From: Dehalococcoidia bacterium
GTDB taxonomy: Bacteria > Chloroflexota > Dehalococcoidia > Plut-88900
Reading direction: 5' to 3'
DNA length: 64,000 nucleotides
Assembly: GCA_965197585.1 (NCBI GenBank)
Contig: OZ240215.1
Span: forward strand, 2,592,001 to 2,656,000
Positions 28,977-38,999 of the stretch are shown here, piece after piece. How positions within the stretch are numbered: position 1 is the stretch's first letter; the number at the start of each line of letters is the position of its first letter. The notes below the pieces were generated by a model, which was not told the DNA's origin, ran no database searches, and saw only the letters and a list, made by a program, of their open reading frames with translations. Both the position numbers and the translations under genes were made by a program.

Positions 28977-31900
28977 ATGGCAAACCCCTTCTTTGACCAA
29001 CCCATCATCAACTCCCCATACGATCCCCCCTCCCGCCATTGGGAGCTGGACAAGGATGGCCAGCCGACTCAAAAGATAATCGAGAGTCGGCGTGGAGCCG
29101 AGTTCATCACCCCAATTCCGAAGCCCAAACAAAAGGGAAAAAAGAGGCAGCAGCAGCTTGTCTTTGAGGAAGGTCTGGGGCTTTCAACTCAAGAACAGCA
29201 ATATGAAGTCACGGCGGCAGTGACCGAGATTCGCCGACGCGTCGACGAGTGGCGCAAAATACCGGGCCCCAATAACTGGGGAGTCACGACGCACACGGCT
29301 AGATTGCTATTGCACTGGCGGCAACATAAGTTCAGCAACTACCAACCCTTCTTTTGCCAGGTCGAAGCAGCAGAGACCCTGATTTGGCTTACCGAAGTTG
29401 CTCCCAGGATGGGGCCGGAAGTGAAGAGGGTATTGGATCGGCTGGCCAACGTGAATCAGGAGGCCAACCCGGAGTTGTTCCGCATTGCCTTGAAGCTGGC
29501 CACAGGTGCCGGTAAGACCGCAGTGATGGCTATGATCATCGCTTGGCAGACAATCAATGCCGTCCGGCACCCGAACAGCCGACGCTTCACCCGGGGCTTC
29601 TTGGTGGTCACCCCCGGCCTTACCATCAAGGACCGGCTGCGGGTACTCCAGCCCAACGACCCCGACAGCTACTACGCAAGCAGGGAACTGGTACCCGCCG
29701 ACATGCTGGAGGACCTGCAGCGGGCGAGGATAGTCATCACCAATTACCACGCTCTTCGACGGCGTGAACGACTGGAAGTTTCCAGTGGAGGGAGAGCGTT
29801 GCTGCAAGGCCGAGGCGAGCCTTTGGAAACGCTGGAAACCGAAGGACAAATGGTTCAACGGGTAATGCCGGAGCTCATGGGTATGAGAAATCCAATGGTT
29901 CTTAATGACGAAGCACACCATTGTTATCGGCGGAAACCGGGTGAAGGCGACGAAGGTGCTTTGACCGGAGAGGAGCGGCGGGAAGCCGAAAAAAACAACG
30001 AGGAGGCTCGGGTCTGGATATCCGGGCTGGAGATAGTCAAACGAAAGCTGGGTATTCGCCAGGTCGTGGACCTTTCGGCTACGCCCTTCTTCTTGAGCGG
30101 CTCCGGCTACGCCGAGGGGACACTGTTTCCCTGGACCGTAAGCGATTTCTCGCTTATGGACGCGATCGAATGCGGCATCGTCAAGCTGCCCAGGGTGCCG
30201 GTAGCCGACAACATTCCTGGAGAGGAAGTGCCTATTTTCCGCAACCTCTGGGAGCACATTCGACCCAATATGCCCAAAGCGGGAAAACGGAAATCCGTTA
30301 ACCTGGATCCCCTAAGTCTACCTGTCGAGCTGCAAACGGCACTGGAGGCTCTCTATGGACACTACAAGACCACTTTCGCCCTATGGGAAGAAGGCGGCTC
30401 CGAAGTCCCGCCCTGCTTCATTATCGTCTGTAATAACACTGCGACTTCCAAACTGATCTATGACTATATATCCGGCTTTGAGCGTGTCAGTGAAGATGGC
30501 TCTACTACGCTGCAGCCCGGCAAATTGGACCTGTTCCGTAACTTCGACGATTACAGCAATCGCCTTCCGATTCCACACACGTTGTTGATCGACAGCACAC
30601 AGCTAGAGTCCGGCGACAAGCTCAGCGACGAATTCCGCAAGGCTGCGGCGCCGTTAATTGAGAGGTTCCGCCGGGAACGGCAGGAGCGATCCGGCAACAT
30701 CCAAGATGCCGACAACATTACCGAACAGGAACTCCTTCGCGAGGTTATGAACACGGTTGGGAAGAAGGGTCGGCTGGGTGAGTCCATCCGTTGTGTTGTG
30801 TCGGTCTCCATGCTGACTGAGGGCTGGGACGCCAACACCGTCACTCACATCCTGGGAGTTCGAGCCTTTGGCACCCAGCTCTTGTGCGAGCAGGTCATTG
30901 GACGAGCACTTCGGCGCCAGTCATACACATTGAACGAGGACAAACTTTTCGATGTCGAATATGCCGACGTTCTCGGCATTCCTTTCGATTTCACCTCGAG
31001 GCCCGTAGTGGTTGCCCCAGGCAAGCCACGACAAACCGTCCAGGTTAATGCCGTTCGCCCTGAGCGCGACCACCTGGAGATAACCTTCCCCCGAGTCTCA
31101 GGCTACCGTGAAGATCCTCCAAAGGAAGAGCTAATAGCCAACTTCACCAAGGATTCCAAGCTCGAATTGACCCCGCTCCTTGTCGGTCCAACGCAGACCA
31201 GGAACGAAGGGATTATCGGAGAAGGGGTTGACTTAAATTTGGTTCACACTGGTGACCTACGCATATCCAGCCTGGTCTTGCACCTGACCAAGCGGCTATT
31301 GGAAACCAAGTGGAGAGACCCCAACCAGGACCTAAAGTTGCACCTGTTCGGCAAGTTGAGGAACGTGGTTAAACAGTGGCTTGACACTTGCCTAATCTGC
31401 CGAGGCGGTACCTACCCAGCCCAGTTAATGTACCAGTCATTGGCCGACATGGCCTGTAATCGGATAACCGCTGCCATCACCAGCCGACATGGAGAGAGGT
31501 CCATTAAGGCGCTGCTCGATGCCTACAACCCTACCGGCTCGACGAGGCACGTGAATTTTACAACATCCAAAGCCGACCTTTGGCGCACCGACTCCCGGAA
31601 GTGCCATGTCAATTACGCTGTGCTCGACCTAAGTTGGGAGGCGGAATTCTGCCGGGTGGCCGAGTCTCACCCCCGAGTAAAGTCCTACGTCAAGAACCAC
31701 AACCTGGGCCTTGAAGTCCCTTATCTGTATGGCTCAACTCCCCGCACCTATATCCCCGACTTTATCTTGCAGGTGGATGATGGCCGAGAGGAGCCGTTGA
31801 ACCTTATCGTGGAGATCAAGGGATACCGGGGTGAAGACGCAAAGGATAAGAAAAACACGATGGACTCGTACTGGGTGCCCGGTGTTAATGGCCTCGGTGT

Positions 31901-32141
31901 ATATGGCCGCTGGGCCTTCGCCGAATTTACCGCCGTACATGATATTCAGGATAACTTGCGCGAACTGATTGATTCCTGCCGGATCAGAGACGATAAACGC
32001 CCTGACAGCTACAAGAGTTCCGATACGCACAAATACTCCGACGATGATGGGCGACAAACTGTGGCCGCCAGTTGGCTGGCCGACGCAGGAGGGACTGCCC
32101 CGCAAATTGAGGGCATCCCGAGACGCAGAAGCGAGCTGTAA
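28977..32141 (+). CDS. res: Type III restriction endonuclease Res subunit with a C-terminal VapB-like tail
   Basis: LATGAGKT, NDEAHH, LSATP, MLTEGWD, QVIGRALR and nuclease motif YIPDF..VEIKG; extra tail of about 55 aa. Confidence 0.92.
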   Translation: MANPFFDQPIINSPYDPPSRHWELDKDGQPTQKIIESRRGAEFITPIPKPKQKGKKRQQQLVFEEGLGLSTQEQQYEVTAAVTEIRRRVDEWRKIPGPNNWGVTTHTARLLLHWRQHKFSNYQPFFCQVEAAETLIWLTEVAPRMGPEVKRVLDRLANVNQEANPELFRIALKLATGAGKTAVMAMIIAWQTINAVRHPNSRRFTRGFLVVTPGLTIKDRLRVLQPNDPDSYYASRELVPADMLEDLQRARIVITNYHALRRRERLEVSSGGRALLQGRGEPLETLETEGQMVQRVMPELMGMRNPMVLNDEAHHCYRRKPGEGDEGALTGEERREAEKNNEEARVWISGLEIVKRKLGIRQVVDLSATPFFLSGSGYAEGTLFPWTVSDFSLMDAIECGIVKLPRVPVADNIPGEEVPIFRNLWEHIRPNMPKAGKRKSVNLDPLSLPVELQTALEALYGHYKTTFALWEEGGSEVPPCFIIVCNNTATSKLIYDYISGFERVSEDGSTTLQPGKLDLFRNFDDYSNRLPIPHTLLIDSTQLESGDKLSDEFRKAAAPLIERFRRERQERSGNIQDADNITEQELLREVMNTVGKKGRLGESIRCVVSVSMLTEGWDANTVTHILGVRAFGTQLLCEQVIGRALRRQSYTLNEDKLFDVEYADVLGIPFDFTSRPVVVAPGKPRQTVQVNAVRPERDHLEITFPRVSGYREDPPKEELIANFTKDSKLELTPLLVGPTQTRNEGIIGEGVDLNLVHTGDLRISSLVLHLTKRLLETKWRDPNQDLKLHLFGKLRNVVKQWLDTCLICRGGTYPAQLMYQSLADMACNRITAAITSRHGERSIKALLDAYNPTGSTRHVNFTTSKADLWRTDSRKCHVNYAVLDLSWEAEFCRVAESHPRVKSYVKNHNLGLEVPYLYGSTPRTYIPDFILQVDDGREEPLNLIVEIKGYRGEDAKDKKNTMDSYWVPGVNGLGVYGRWAFAEFTAVHDIQDNLRELIDSCRIRDDKRPDSYKSSDTHKYSDDDGRQTVAASWLADAGGTAPQIEGIPRRRSEL

Positions 32142-32143
32142 GT

Positions 32144-32518
32144 TTGAATCTTGTGGATACCTCAGTTTGGGTTGATCATTTGCGTTCCCCGGTGCCGGTG
32201 CTTCAGTCCCAACTGAGGGCCGGCCAAGTGTTGACCCATCCGATGGTCATTGGAGAACTCGCCTGTGGGATGATTAGTCGAAGAGGCGAATTCCTGTCCT
32301 ATTTGACGGCGCTTCCGGGTATTGCTCTCTTGGACAATGAGCGGATTCTTCGGGACATTGAAAAGAATCGGATGATGGGTCGCGGCATCGGTTTTATAGA
32401 TGCCCATCTGCTCTGTTCCGTTATCGCCCGGGGCGGCACAACTCTGTGGACCAGAGATCAACGTCTCAAGCGGATTGCTGAAGAAATGGGAGTCGCATTT
32501 CTTGAGGAAGCCCTGTAG
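32144..32518 (+). CDS. vapC: PIN-domain VapC toxin
   Basis: VDTSVW, VIGELACG, GFIDAHLL and WTRD; the acidic catalytic residues appear intact. TTG start 2 nt after the res stop. Confidence 0.9.
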   Translation: MNLVDTSVWVDHLRSPVPVLQSQLRAGQVLTHPMVIGELACGMISRRGEFLSYLTALPGIALLDNERILRDIEKNRMMGRGIGFIDAHLLCSVIARGGTTLWTRDQRLKRIAEEMGVAFLEEAL

Positions 32519-32527
32519 GAGGAACCC

Positions 32528-35341
32528 ATGCCCCGAGCCAAGCGCACGAAGAAACCCAAGTCTGTGTACAGCCTGCGGCACGAGGGAGAAACTCGCACCA
32601 ACATACCCACCGCCGAGTACCAGTCGCTGGTGCGGGAAGAAGAGAGCAGCCCCCTTAGGGTGGCCTATGACCGTCGCAACCGGGACCTGGACCCGCAGCT
32701 TGTTTGGCGGGGGAAGGACGAGCAGGACCTCGCCGACCTAGTAGTCAATGTACCACCCCTCTACATCCAGGAGAAAGTCCACCCCAAGGCGCTCATCGCC
32801 GACCTGATGCGCCAGTCCAAGAAGAGCCGGGAAGCGGAAGAGCACCAGATAGACATGTTCGCCGATTTCAACGGCTTGCCCGAAGGCGCAGACCGCACCG
32901 AGTTCTACCGTCACGATGCCAACTGGGCCAACCGAATGATCCTGGGAGACAGCCTGCAGGTCATGGCCTCCCTGGCCGAACGAGAAGGGCTGCAGGGCAA
33001 GGTGCAGTGCATCTATATCGACCCGCCCTACGGCATCAAATTCAACTCCAACTTCCAGTGGTCCACCACCAGCCGGGACGTTAAGGACGGCAAGGCTGCC
33101 CACATAACCAGAGAGCCGGAGCAGGTTAAGGCATTCCGCGACACATGGCGAGAAGGCATTCACTCCTACATGACCTACCTGCGGGACCGCCTCACAGTGG
33201 CTCGCGACCTTCTGGCTGAGTCCGGCTCTATCTTTGTTCAAATTGGCGACGAGAATGTCCACAGAGTCCGGACACTAATGGATGAAGTATTTGACGACGA
33301 AAATTTCATAACGCAGATTACATACAAGACAAACTCGCCTTTGGGAGCAGATTTTCTCCCATCAAACAGTGATTATGTGTTGTGGTATGCGCGAAACAAA
33401 GGCAATGCCAAATGGCGGAAGGTCTTGCTCGAAAAAGGCGTAGGAGAAGGCACGCTATTCAACTACGTCGAACTACCTGGGCTACGTCGCAGATATGCAA
33501 CGCCTGAGGAGAAACGAGACCCAGCTACTGCACCGCTAGGATCCCGGTTCTTTTACTACAACGTGTTGATCTCTAGCGGGTATACCCCCTCATGTACATA
33601 TGACTTCATGTTCCAAGGCAAAATCGTTAAGGCCCAAAGAAAATCATGGCGTACAACACAGGATGGAATGGCGCGATTGGACAGAGCCAATCGGCTCACA
33701 ATGCCAGGATCGTTGCCTTACATGGTGGGCTACCACGATGATTTCTCAGTTAAAGCATTGACATCCATATGGGACGATACTCGAAGTGCTATGAACAAAG
33801 TATTCGTGGCACAAACCCAAGAATTAATAATCCAACGCTGCATCCTGATGACTACCGATCCCGGCGATATAGTGCTGGATCCCACCTGCGGTTCGGGTAC
33901 CTCCGCCTACATAGCCGAGCGATGGGGACGGCGGTGGATTGTTGTAGATACTTCACGAGTCGCCCTGGCTCTGGCACGGGCTCGCATCATGGGTGCTCGC
34001 TATCCCTACTACCTGTTGGCCGATAGCCCAGAAGGGCAACAGAAGGAGGCCGAACTCTCGCGCAATGCTCCCTCGACAATGCCGACCTACGGCAATCTAC
34101 GGCAAGGGTTTGTCTATGATCGTGTGCCTCACATCACTCTAGGTGCTATCGCCAACAACGTTGAAATTGATGTCATATACGACGAATTTCAGGAGAAGCT
34201 GGAGCCACTGTGCAAGGAGCTCAACGAGACCCTTAACGCCACTTGGGAAGAATGGGAGATTCCCCGGGAAGCCGTAAGCTCATGGCCTAGGCAAGTGAAA
34301 GACCTCCATAAGCAGTGGTGGGAATTGCGCATCGCTCGACAGAAAGAAATTGACGCATCCATCGCAGCCAAAGCAGAGTACGAGTACCTATACGATAGGC
34401 CCTATGATGCCCGAAGCAAGGTGCGCGTCGCAGGGCCCTTTACTGTGGAAAGCATCTCTCCTCACCGGGTTCTGGGTGTAGACGAGAACGGCGAAATCAT
34501 TGATAGCGTCGCCGAATCACAGGACGGCTACGGCACGGGTTACGACTTCGGCCAAATCATACTCGAAAACCTGAAACGTTCCGGTGTTCAGCAGGCCCAC
34601 AAGGAAGACCGGATAACCTTCACCTCGCTGACTCCATGGCCGGGTAAGCTGGTCTGTGCGGAGGGTCGGTACGTTGAGGGAGGCGAAGACAACGAAGATG
34701 ACTCTGCTTCGGCAGGCATGGAAAAGAAAGCGGGCATATTCATCGGGCCGGAGTTTGGCACCGTGTCTCGGCCTGACCTTGTAGAAGCAGCACGGGAGGC
34801 CGCCGAGTGCGGGTTCGACGTGCTTATCGCCTGTGCCTTCAACTATGACGCCCATACAACGGAGTTCGAGAGCCTGGGCCGAATCCCGGTACTCAAAGCT
34901 CGCATGAATGCCGACCTGCACATGGCCGGGGAGTTGAAGAATACCGGCAACGGGAATCTGTTCGTGATCTTCGGCGAGCCGGATATCGACGTGCTGGATA
35001 CCGAGGACGGTCAACTACAGGTCAGGGTCAACGGTGTGGATGTGTTTCACCCCAACACCGGCGAGGTCCGCAGCGACGGACCGGATGGCATCGCCTGCTG
35101 GTTCATCGACACCGATTACGACCAGGAGAGCTTCTTCGTACGCCACGCCTACTTCCTCGGCGCCAACGACCCTTACAAGTCGCTCAAGACAACCCTGAAA
35201 GCCGAGATTGACCCGGATGCCTGGGCAACCCTCAACAGCGACATCTCCCGGCCATTCCCCAAACCGGAGTCTGGACGCATCGCTGTCAAGGTAATCAACC
35301 ACCTTGGGGATGAGGTGATGAAAGTGTTTCGGGTGGGGTGA
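32528..35341 (+). CDS. mod: Type III R-M Mod subunit, N6-adenine methyltransferase
   Basis: IDPPYG and VLDPTCGSGT (beta-class order); RBS aggagg. Confidence 0.93.
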   Translation: MPRAKRTKKPKSVYSLRHEGETRTNIPTAEYQSLVREEESSPLRVAYDRRNRDLDPQLVWRGKDEQDLADLVVNVPPLYIQEKVHPKALIADLMRQSKKSREAEEHQIDMFADFNGLPEGADRTEFYRHDANWANRMILGDSLQVMASLAEREGLQGKVQCIYIDPPYGIKFNSNFQWSTTSRDVKDGKAAHITREPEQVKAFRDTWREGIHSYMTYLRDRLTVARDLLAESGSIFVQIGDENVHRVRTLMDEVFDDENFITQITYKTNSPLGADFLPSNSDYVLWYARNKGNAKWRKVLLEKGVGEGTLFNYVELPGLRRRYATPEEKRDPATAPLGSRFFYYNVLISSGYTPSCTYDFMFQGKIVKAQRKSWRTTQDGMARLDRANRLTMPGSLPYMVGYHDDFSVKALTSIWDDTRSAMNKVFVAQTQELIIQRCILMTTDPGDIVLDPTCGSGTSAYIAERWGRRWIVVDTSRVALALARARIMGARYPYYLLADSPEGQQKEAELSRNAPSTMPTYGNLRQGFVYDRVPHITLGAIANNVEIDVIYDEFQEKLEPLCKELNETLNATWEEWEIPREAVSSWPRQVKDLHKQWWELRIARQKEIDASIAAKAEYEYLYDRPYDARSKVRVAGPFTVESISPHRVLGVDENGEIIDSVAESQDGYGTGYDFGQIILENLKRSGVQQAHKEDRITFTSLTPWPGKLVCAEGRYVEGGEDNEDDSASAGMEKKAGIFIGPEFGTVSRPDLVEAAREAAECGFDVLIACAFNYDAHTTEFESLGRIPVLKARMNADLHMAGELKNTGNGNLFVIFGEPDIDVLDTEDGQLQVRVNGVDVFHPNTGEVRSDGPDGIACWFIDTDYDQESFFVRHAYFLGANDPYKSLKTTLKAEIDPDAWATLNSDISRPFPKPESGRIAVKVINHLGDEVMKVFRVG

Positions 35342-35463
35342 GGGCAGGAACAGTGCCCCTCTGATATAGCTCCTCGCCCACGCAGCTCTCAGCCCCTTCG
35401 TTCTGTACAACAGCATTCGAGCAGAAAAAAGAATGCGAACTCTGACAACCACCCAAATGACGT

Positions 35464-37533
35464 ATGCAATTTCGCATAGCCGACACTTTCACCTCTAGGC
35501 TCGGCAAGCTACCTAACGAGCACCAGAAGGCGGTCAAAACGACTGCTTTTGACTTGCAGACCAATCCGTCCCACCCAAGCCTTAGTTTGCACCGGCTTTC
35601 TGGCACTCGGGACCCAAACTTTTGGTCCGCCAGGGTGAACAGCGACTTACGCATAATCGTCCATCAGACCTACGACGGCATGACGTTGTGCTATGTAGAC
35701 CATCACGAGGAAGCCTATAGATGGGCCGAGCGGAGGAAACTCGTACCCCACCCCACTACAGGCGCTGCCCAGCTGGTAGAACTCCGGGAAGTTATCCAAG
35801 AGATTCCGGTCTTGTCATATGTAACAGTTGAGCGGTCCACGCCACCAAAGCATCCACTCTTCGAGAACATCCCGGATGAACAACTGTTGGGTTATGGTGT
35901 ACCACCGGAATGGTTGGCTGATGTGAGGATCGCCGACGAAGATAGTGTGTTGGATTTGGCAACTCATTTGCCATCGGAAGCGGGAGAAGCGCTGCTGGAA
36001 TTGGCAGTGGGCAAGACGCCACAACCATCCTTGCCTGCTCCGGACGGGGCCGATCCCTTCGATCACCCGGACGCGCTGCGCCGTTTCCGTGTAATGCGAA
36101 ATATTGAGGAGTTGCAGGAAGCCCTCGAATATCCATGGGAGAAGTGGACCATCTTCCTTCATCCCGCTCAACTGGGTCTCGTGGAGCGGGACTACAACGG
36201 GCCGGCACGGGTCTCGGGTTCGGCGGGCACCGGAAAGACTGTAGTGGCTCTACACAGGGCCGCGTATCTGGCCAAGTCAAACCCAGAGGCTCGCATTCTA
36301 CTGACCACGTTCTCAGGCGCTCTTGCCAACTTATTGAAAACAAAGCTCCACCGACTGATGCACAAGGAACTAGAACCGAACGGCATAACAAAAGTCGGTT
36401 CGCTGGACAGCGTCGGTCTTAGCCTGTACAAGAACTTCTTTGGGCCACCGAACTTGGCAAAGCACGAGACCATACGGAGACTTATCGAAGAATCATGCTC
36501 ACTGGAAGGGACCAAGTTCTCCTTGACCTTCCTCACCGCGGAGTGGGAGCGAGTGATAGACGCTTGGCAGTTGGCTAGTTGGGAAGACTATCGTGACATA
36601 GCCCGTATCGGCCGTTACCGCAGGTTATCCGGGTCCCAGCGGCAGGCATTATGGCCGGTCTTTGAGCGTGTCAGGTCGGGATTGGGAGAGCGCGGATTAG
36701 TGACGATGGCTGAGGTGTTTGGAAGGTTGACTTGCGGATTAAAACAACAGGAACAGCCTATATTCGACCACGTTGTAGTTGACGAAGCACAGGATGTCAG
36801 TGTGGCCCAACTGAAGTTCCTTGCTGTACTAGCAGGAGGACGCCCAAACGGACTCTTTTTTGCTGGTGACCTCGGCCAACGCATTTTTCAACAACCATTC
36901 TCTTGGAAGGAGCTGGGAGTGGATGTGAGGGGCCGTTCCCAGACTCTGCGAATAAACTATCGCACTTCACATCAGATTAGAATGCAGGCCGACCGTCTAT
37001 TAGACCCGGAGATGTCCGACGTTGACGGCAACGTGGAAGACCGGCAAGGAACGGTATCGATTTTCAACGGCCCGAGGCCTTCCATTCAAGCCTTTAATGA
37101 CGAGGAGATGGAGCGCGCGAAGGTAAGCGAGTGGTTGAATGCCAAGGTCTTTGAGCATCTCAGTCCCAGCGAGATTTGCGTGTTCGTGAGGTCTGAGGAC
37201 CAACTGGACAGGGCTGTAGAGGCGATCAAGCGCATAGGTATGATGTATGCCGTACTTGACGATGACATGAAAGTGCGGGATGACTGTTTGACGGTCGGCA
37301 CTATGCACCTTGCCAAGGGCCTAGAATTCCGGGCGGTTGTTGTTATGGCTTGTGATGCTGAGGTAATTCCCCTCCAGTCCCGAGTTGAGTCTATTGCTGA
37401 TGAGGCAGATTTGGAGGAGATCTACAACACCGAACGACACCTGCTATATGTTGCCTGCACACGCGCCAGAGACAACCTTCTGGTGACAGGTGTGAAGCCA
37501 ATATCGGAGTTTCTGGACGACATGAGGATGTAA
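35464..37533 (+). CDS. RelE/ParE-like domain fused to a UvrD-like SF1 helicase
   Basis: N-terminus NPSHPSLSLHRL..FWSARVNSDLRII; GSAGTGKT, VDEAQD, NYRT, AKGLEF and LYVACTRAR. Confidence 0.88.
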   Translation: MQFRIADTFTSRLGKLPNEHQKAVKTTAFDLQTNPSHPSLSLHRLSGTRDPNFWSARVNSDLRIIVHQTYDGMTLCYVDHHEEAYRWAERRKLVPHPTTGAAQLVELREVIQEIPVLSYVTVERSTPPKHPLFENIPDEQLLGYGVPPEWLADVRIADEDSVLDLATHLPSEAGEALLELAVGKTPQPSLPAPDGADPFDHPDALRRFRVMRNIEELQEALEYPWEKWTIFLHPAQLGLVERDYNGPARVSGSAGTGKTVVALHRAAYLAKSNPEARILLTTFSGALANLLKTKLHRLMHKELEPNGITKVGSLDSVGLSLYKNFFGPPNLAKHETIRRLIEESCSLEGTKFSLTFLTAEWERVIDAWQLASWEDYRDIARIGRYRRLSGSQRQALWPVFERVRSGLGERGLVTMAEVFGRLTCGLKQQEQPIFDHVVVDEAQDVSVAQLKFLAVLAGGRPNGLFFAGDLGQRIFQQPFSWKELGVDVRGRSQTLRINYRTSHQIRMQADRLLDPEMSDVDGNVEDRQGTVSIFNGPRPSIQAFNDEEMERAKVSEWLNAKVFEHLSPSEICVFVRSEDQLDRAVEAIKRIGMMYAVLDDDMKVRDDCLTVGTMHLAKGLEFRAVVVMACDAEVIPLQSRVESIADEADLEEIYNTERHLLYVACTRARDNLLVTGVKPISEFLDDMRM

Positions 37534-38016
37534 CTGTGCGAAGGGCCTCCCATCTTGCAGAGGTCAATGAAGAACCCTAGGTTTAAAGCCCTGTGTGTAC
37601 AAGACGCGCAAAAACACTCACACATGGACGAACGAGGAGACCATCGAAACGGCGTCAATGGCCTCCCTGTTGCATTTCAGTCCGACCTTGCAGTCCGACT
37701 TTCAGTCAGGCTACCTTCCCCATCGGCTCAACCTTTCGTTCCTCCTGTACGGCGAGAGCCCACTCGAAGAGAAGGGCAGCTAGTTGTGTCTGGTGCTAGC
37801 CCCTCCTCCCGGTTTGGCGGGAACGTCCACGGCAGACTCATTCCAAGAGAAGAGAGGCTTGGCGGTCTCAACGGTATCTTCGAGGAGTCCGTTGCCCTCA
37901 CAAATGCAAAAACGCCGACAAATACGATGGTTGCGCTGGGCAGGTGGCCGCACCTACTGCGTGCGGCCACCTGCCCACTAACTCCCAACCGGGCCCTGGG
38001 AGGCAAGGTCCGGCCC

Positions 38017-38499
38017 CTAGAACAGCCTGGGCGGCTCGGGCTGCTGCTGGTCTGCCCCTCCCTCGGCGGCCCCGGCCTGCGCCGAACCCTGTTCTCGCCG
38101 GTTCCGACGCCTTGCCGGGGGAGCGGGTCTCGCGTAAGCCGGATATTTGGGCTGATCCTCCCATCTGGCCCTCGCCCTTTCGGTCACCGCCAGGACCTCC
38201 TGCGCCAGCCCGGACAGGTCCCAGTCGTCGAACGTCTCGATGTGCGGGTCCGAAGAGGTCCGCTGCACGCCGATGGTGGCCCTGCCTCCCTTTATGGACA
38301 CGACGACCTTCAGGTCTTCCGGCGGACGGGCCTGCTCCTCTACGTCATCGGAGCCCTGCCGGTCCTGTTCGGTCTCCTTATTGGAGTCTTCCCCTTCGAC
38401 AGCCACGGCAGCCGCATCGTCTGCCGTATCGCCAAACAGACTCTCATCGACGCTCGGAGCATCCGAGCGGATTGCTTCCGTTCCAGTTTCGTCAGGCAT
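38017..38499 (-). CDS. Hypothetical protein at the end of the PRTRC cassette (possible protein E analogue)
   Basis: RBS gaggag; acidic low-complexity ends, small beta core, terminal RLF. Confidence 0.55.
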   Translation of the reverse strand: MPDETGTEAIRSDAPSVDESLFGDTADDAAAVAVEGEDSNKETEQDRQGSDDVEEQARPPEDLKVVVSIKGGRATIGVQRTSSDPHIETFDDWDLSGLAQEVLAVTERARARWEDQPKYPAYARPAPPARRRNRREQGSAQAGAAEGGADQQQPEPPRLF

Positions 38500-38549
38500 G
38501 GTCTCTCCTCTCCTTGATTCTTCTCCGACTGGTTCGTGTGCTCTGTTCA

Positions 38550-38945
38550 CTAGGCCGCCATCCATCCCGGCTGTCCCTTGATCTCGCCGATGGTCATCGG
38601 CTCCCAGTACAGGTCGCGCTCCACGGCGGGGACGCCGCCGAACACGGTTACTTCCGCCAGCTCCGTGAGGTCGAAGTATCCAAGTTCCACTTCGAACCCC
38701 TCGACGAGGCCGAAGCACAGTCCGGTCTCGGGGTCCCACTCGGTGATGTACCAGCGCCAGCCGTTGTACGGGCTGAACAGCTTCACCCTGGCAACGACGG
38801 CATCGGGGTCGTCCGCCCCGTCATTGGCGTAGAGGGGCGGGATGGTGTCGGCAAGCTCCCTGGTCATCAGCTTGTGCCTGCGGAGCCCGCTGTGGTTGTC
38901 CTGCCAGATCGTGCCGGTCGTGGCCTTTCCCTTCTTGTCAAACAT
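38550..38945 (-). CDS. DUF2958 domain protein
   Basis: VKLFSP..WRWYITE..FGLV...ELGYFDLTEL..ERDLY. Confidence 0.85.
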   Translation of the reverse strand: MFDKKGKATTGTIWQDNHSGLRRHKLMTRELADTIPPLYANDGADDPDAVVARVKLFSPYNGWRWYITEWDPETGLCFGLVEGFEVELGYFDLTELAEVTVFGGVPAVERDLYWEPMTIGEIKGQPGWMAA

Positions 38946-38999
38946 TGGTTTCTCCTTCTCCTTGTTCTCTTCTCTGGTTTTGTTCATGAACGATGATCG

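Noticed and set aside
37555-38996. Plus-strand ORFs of 320 aa and 350 aa
   Set aside because: Pro/Arg-rich, overlap better-supported minus-strand genes and show no motifs.
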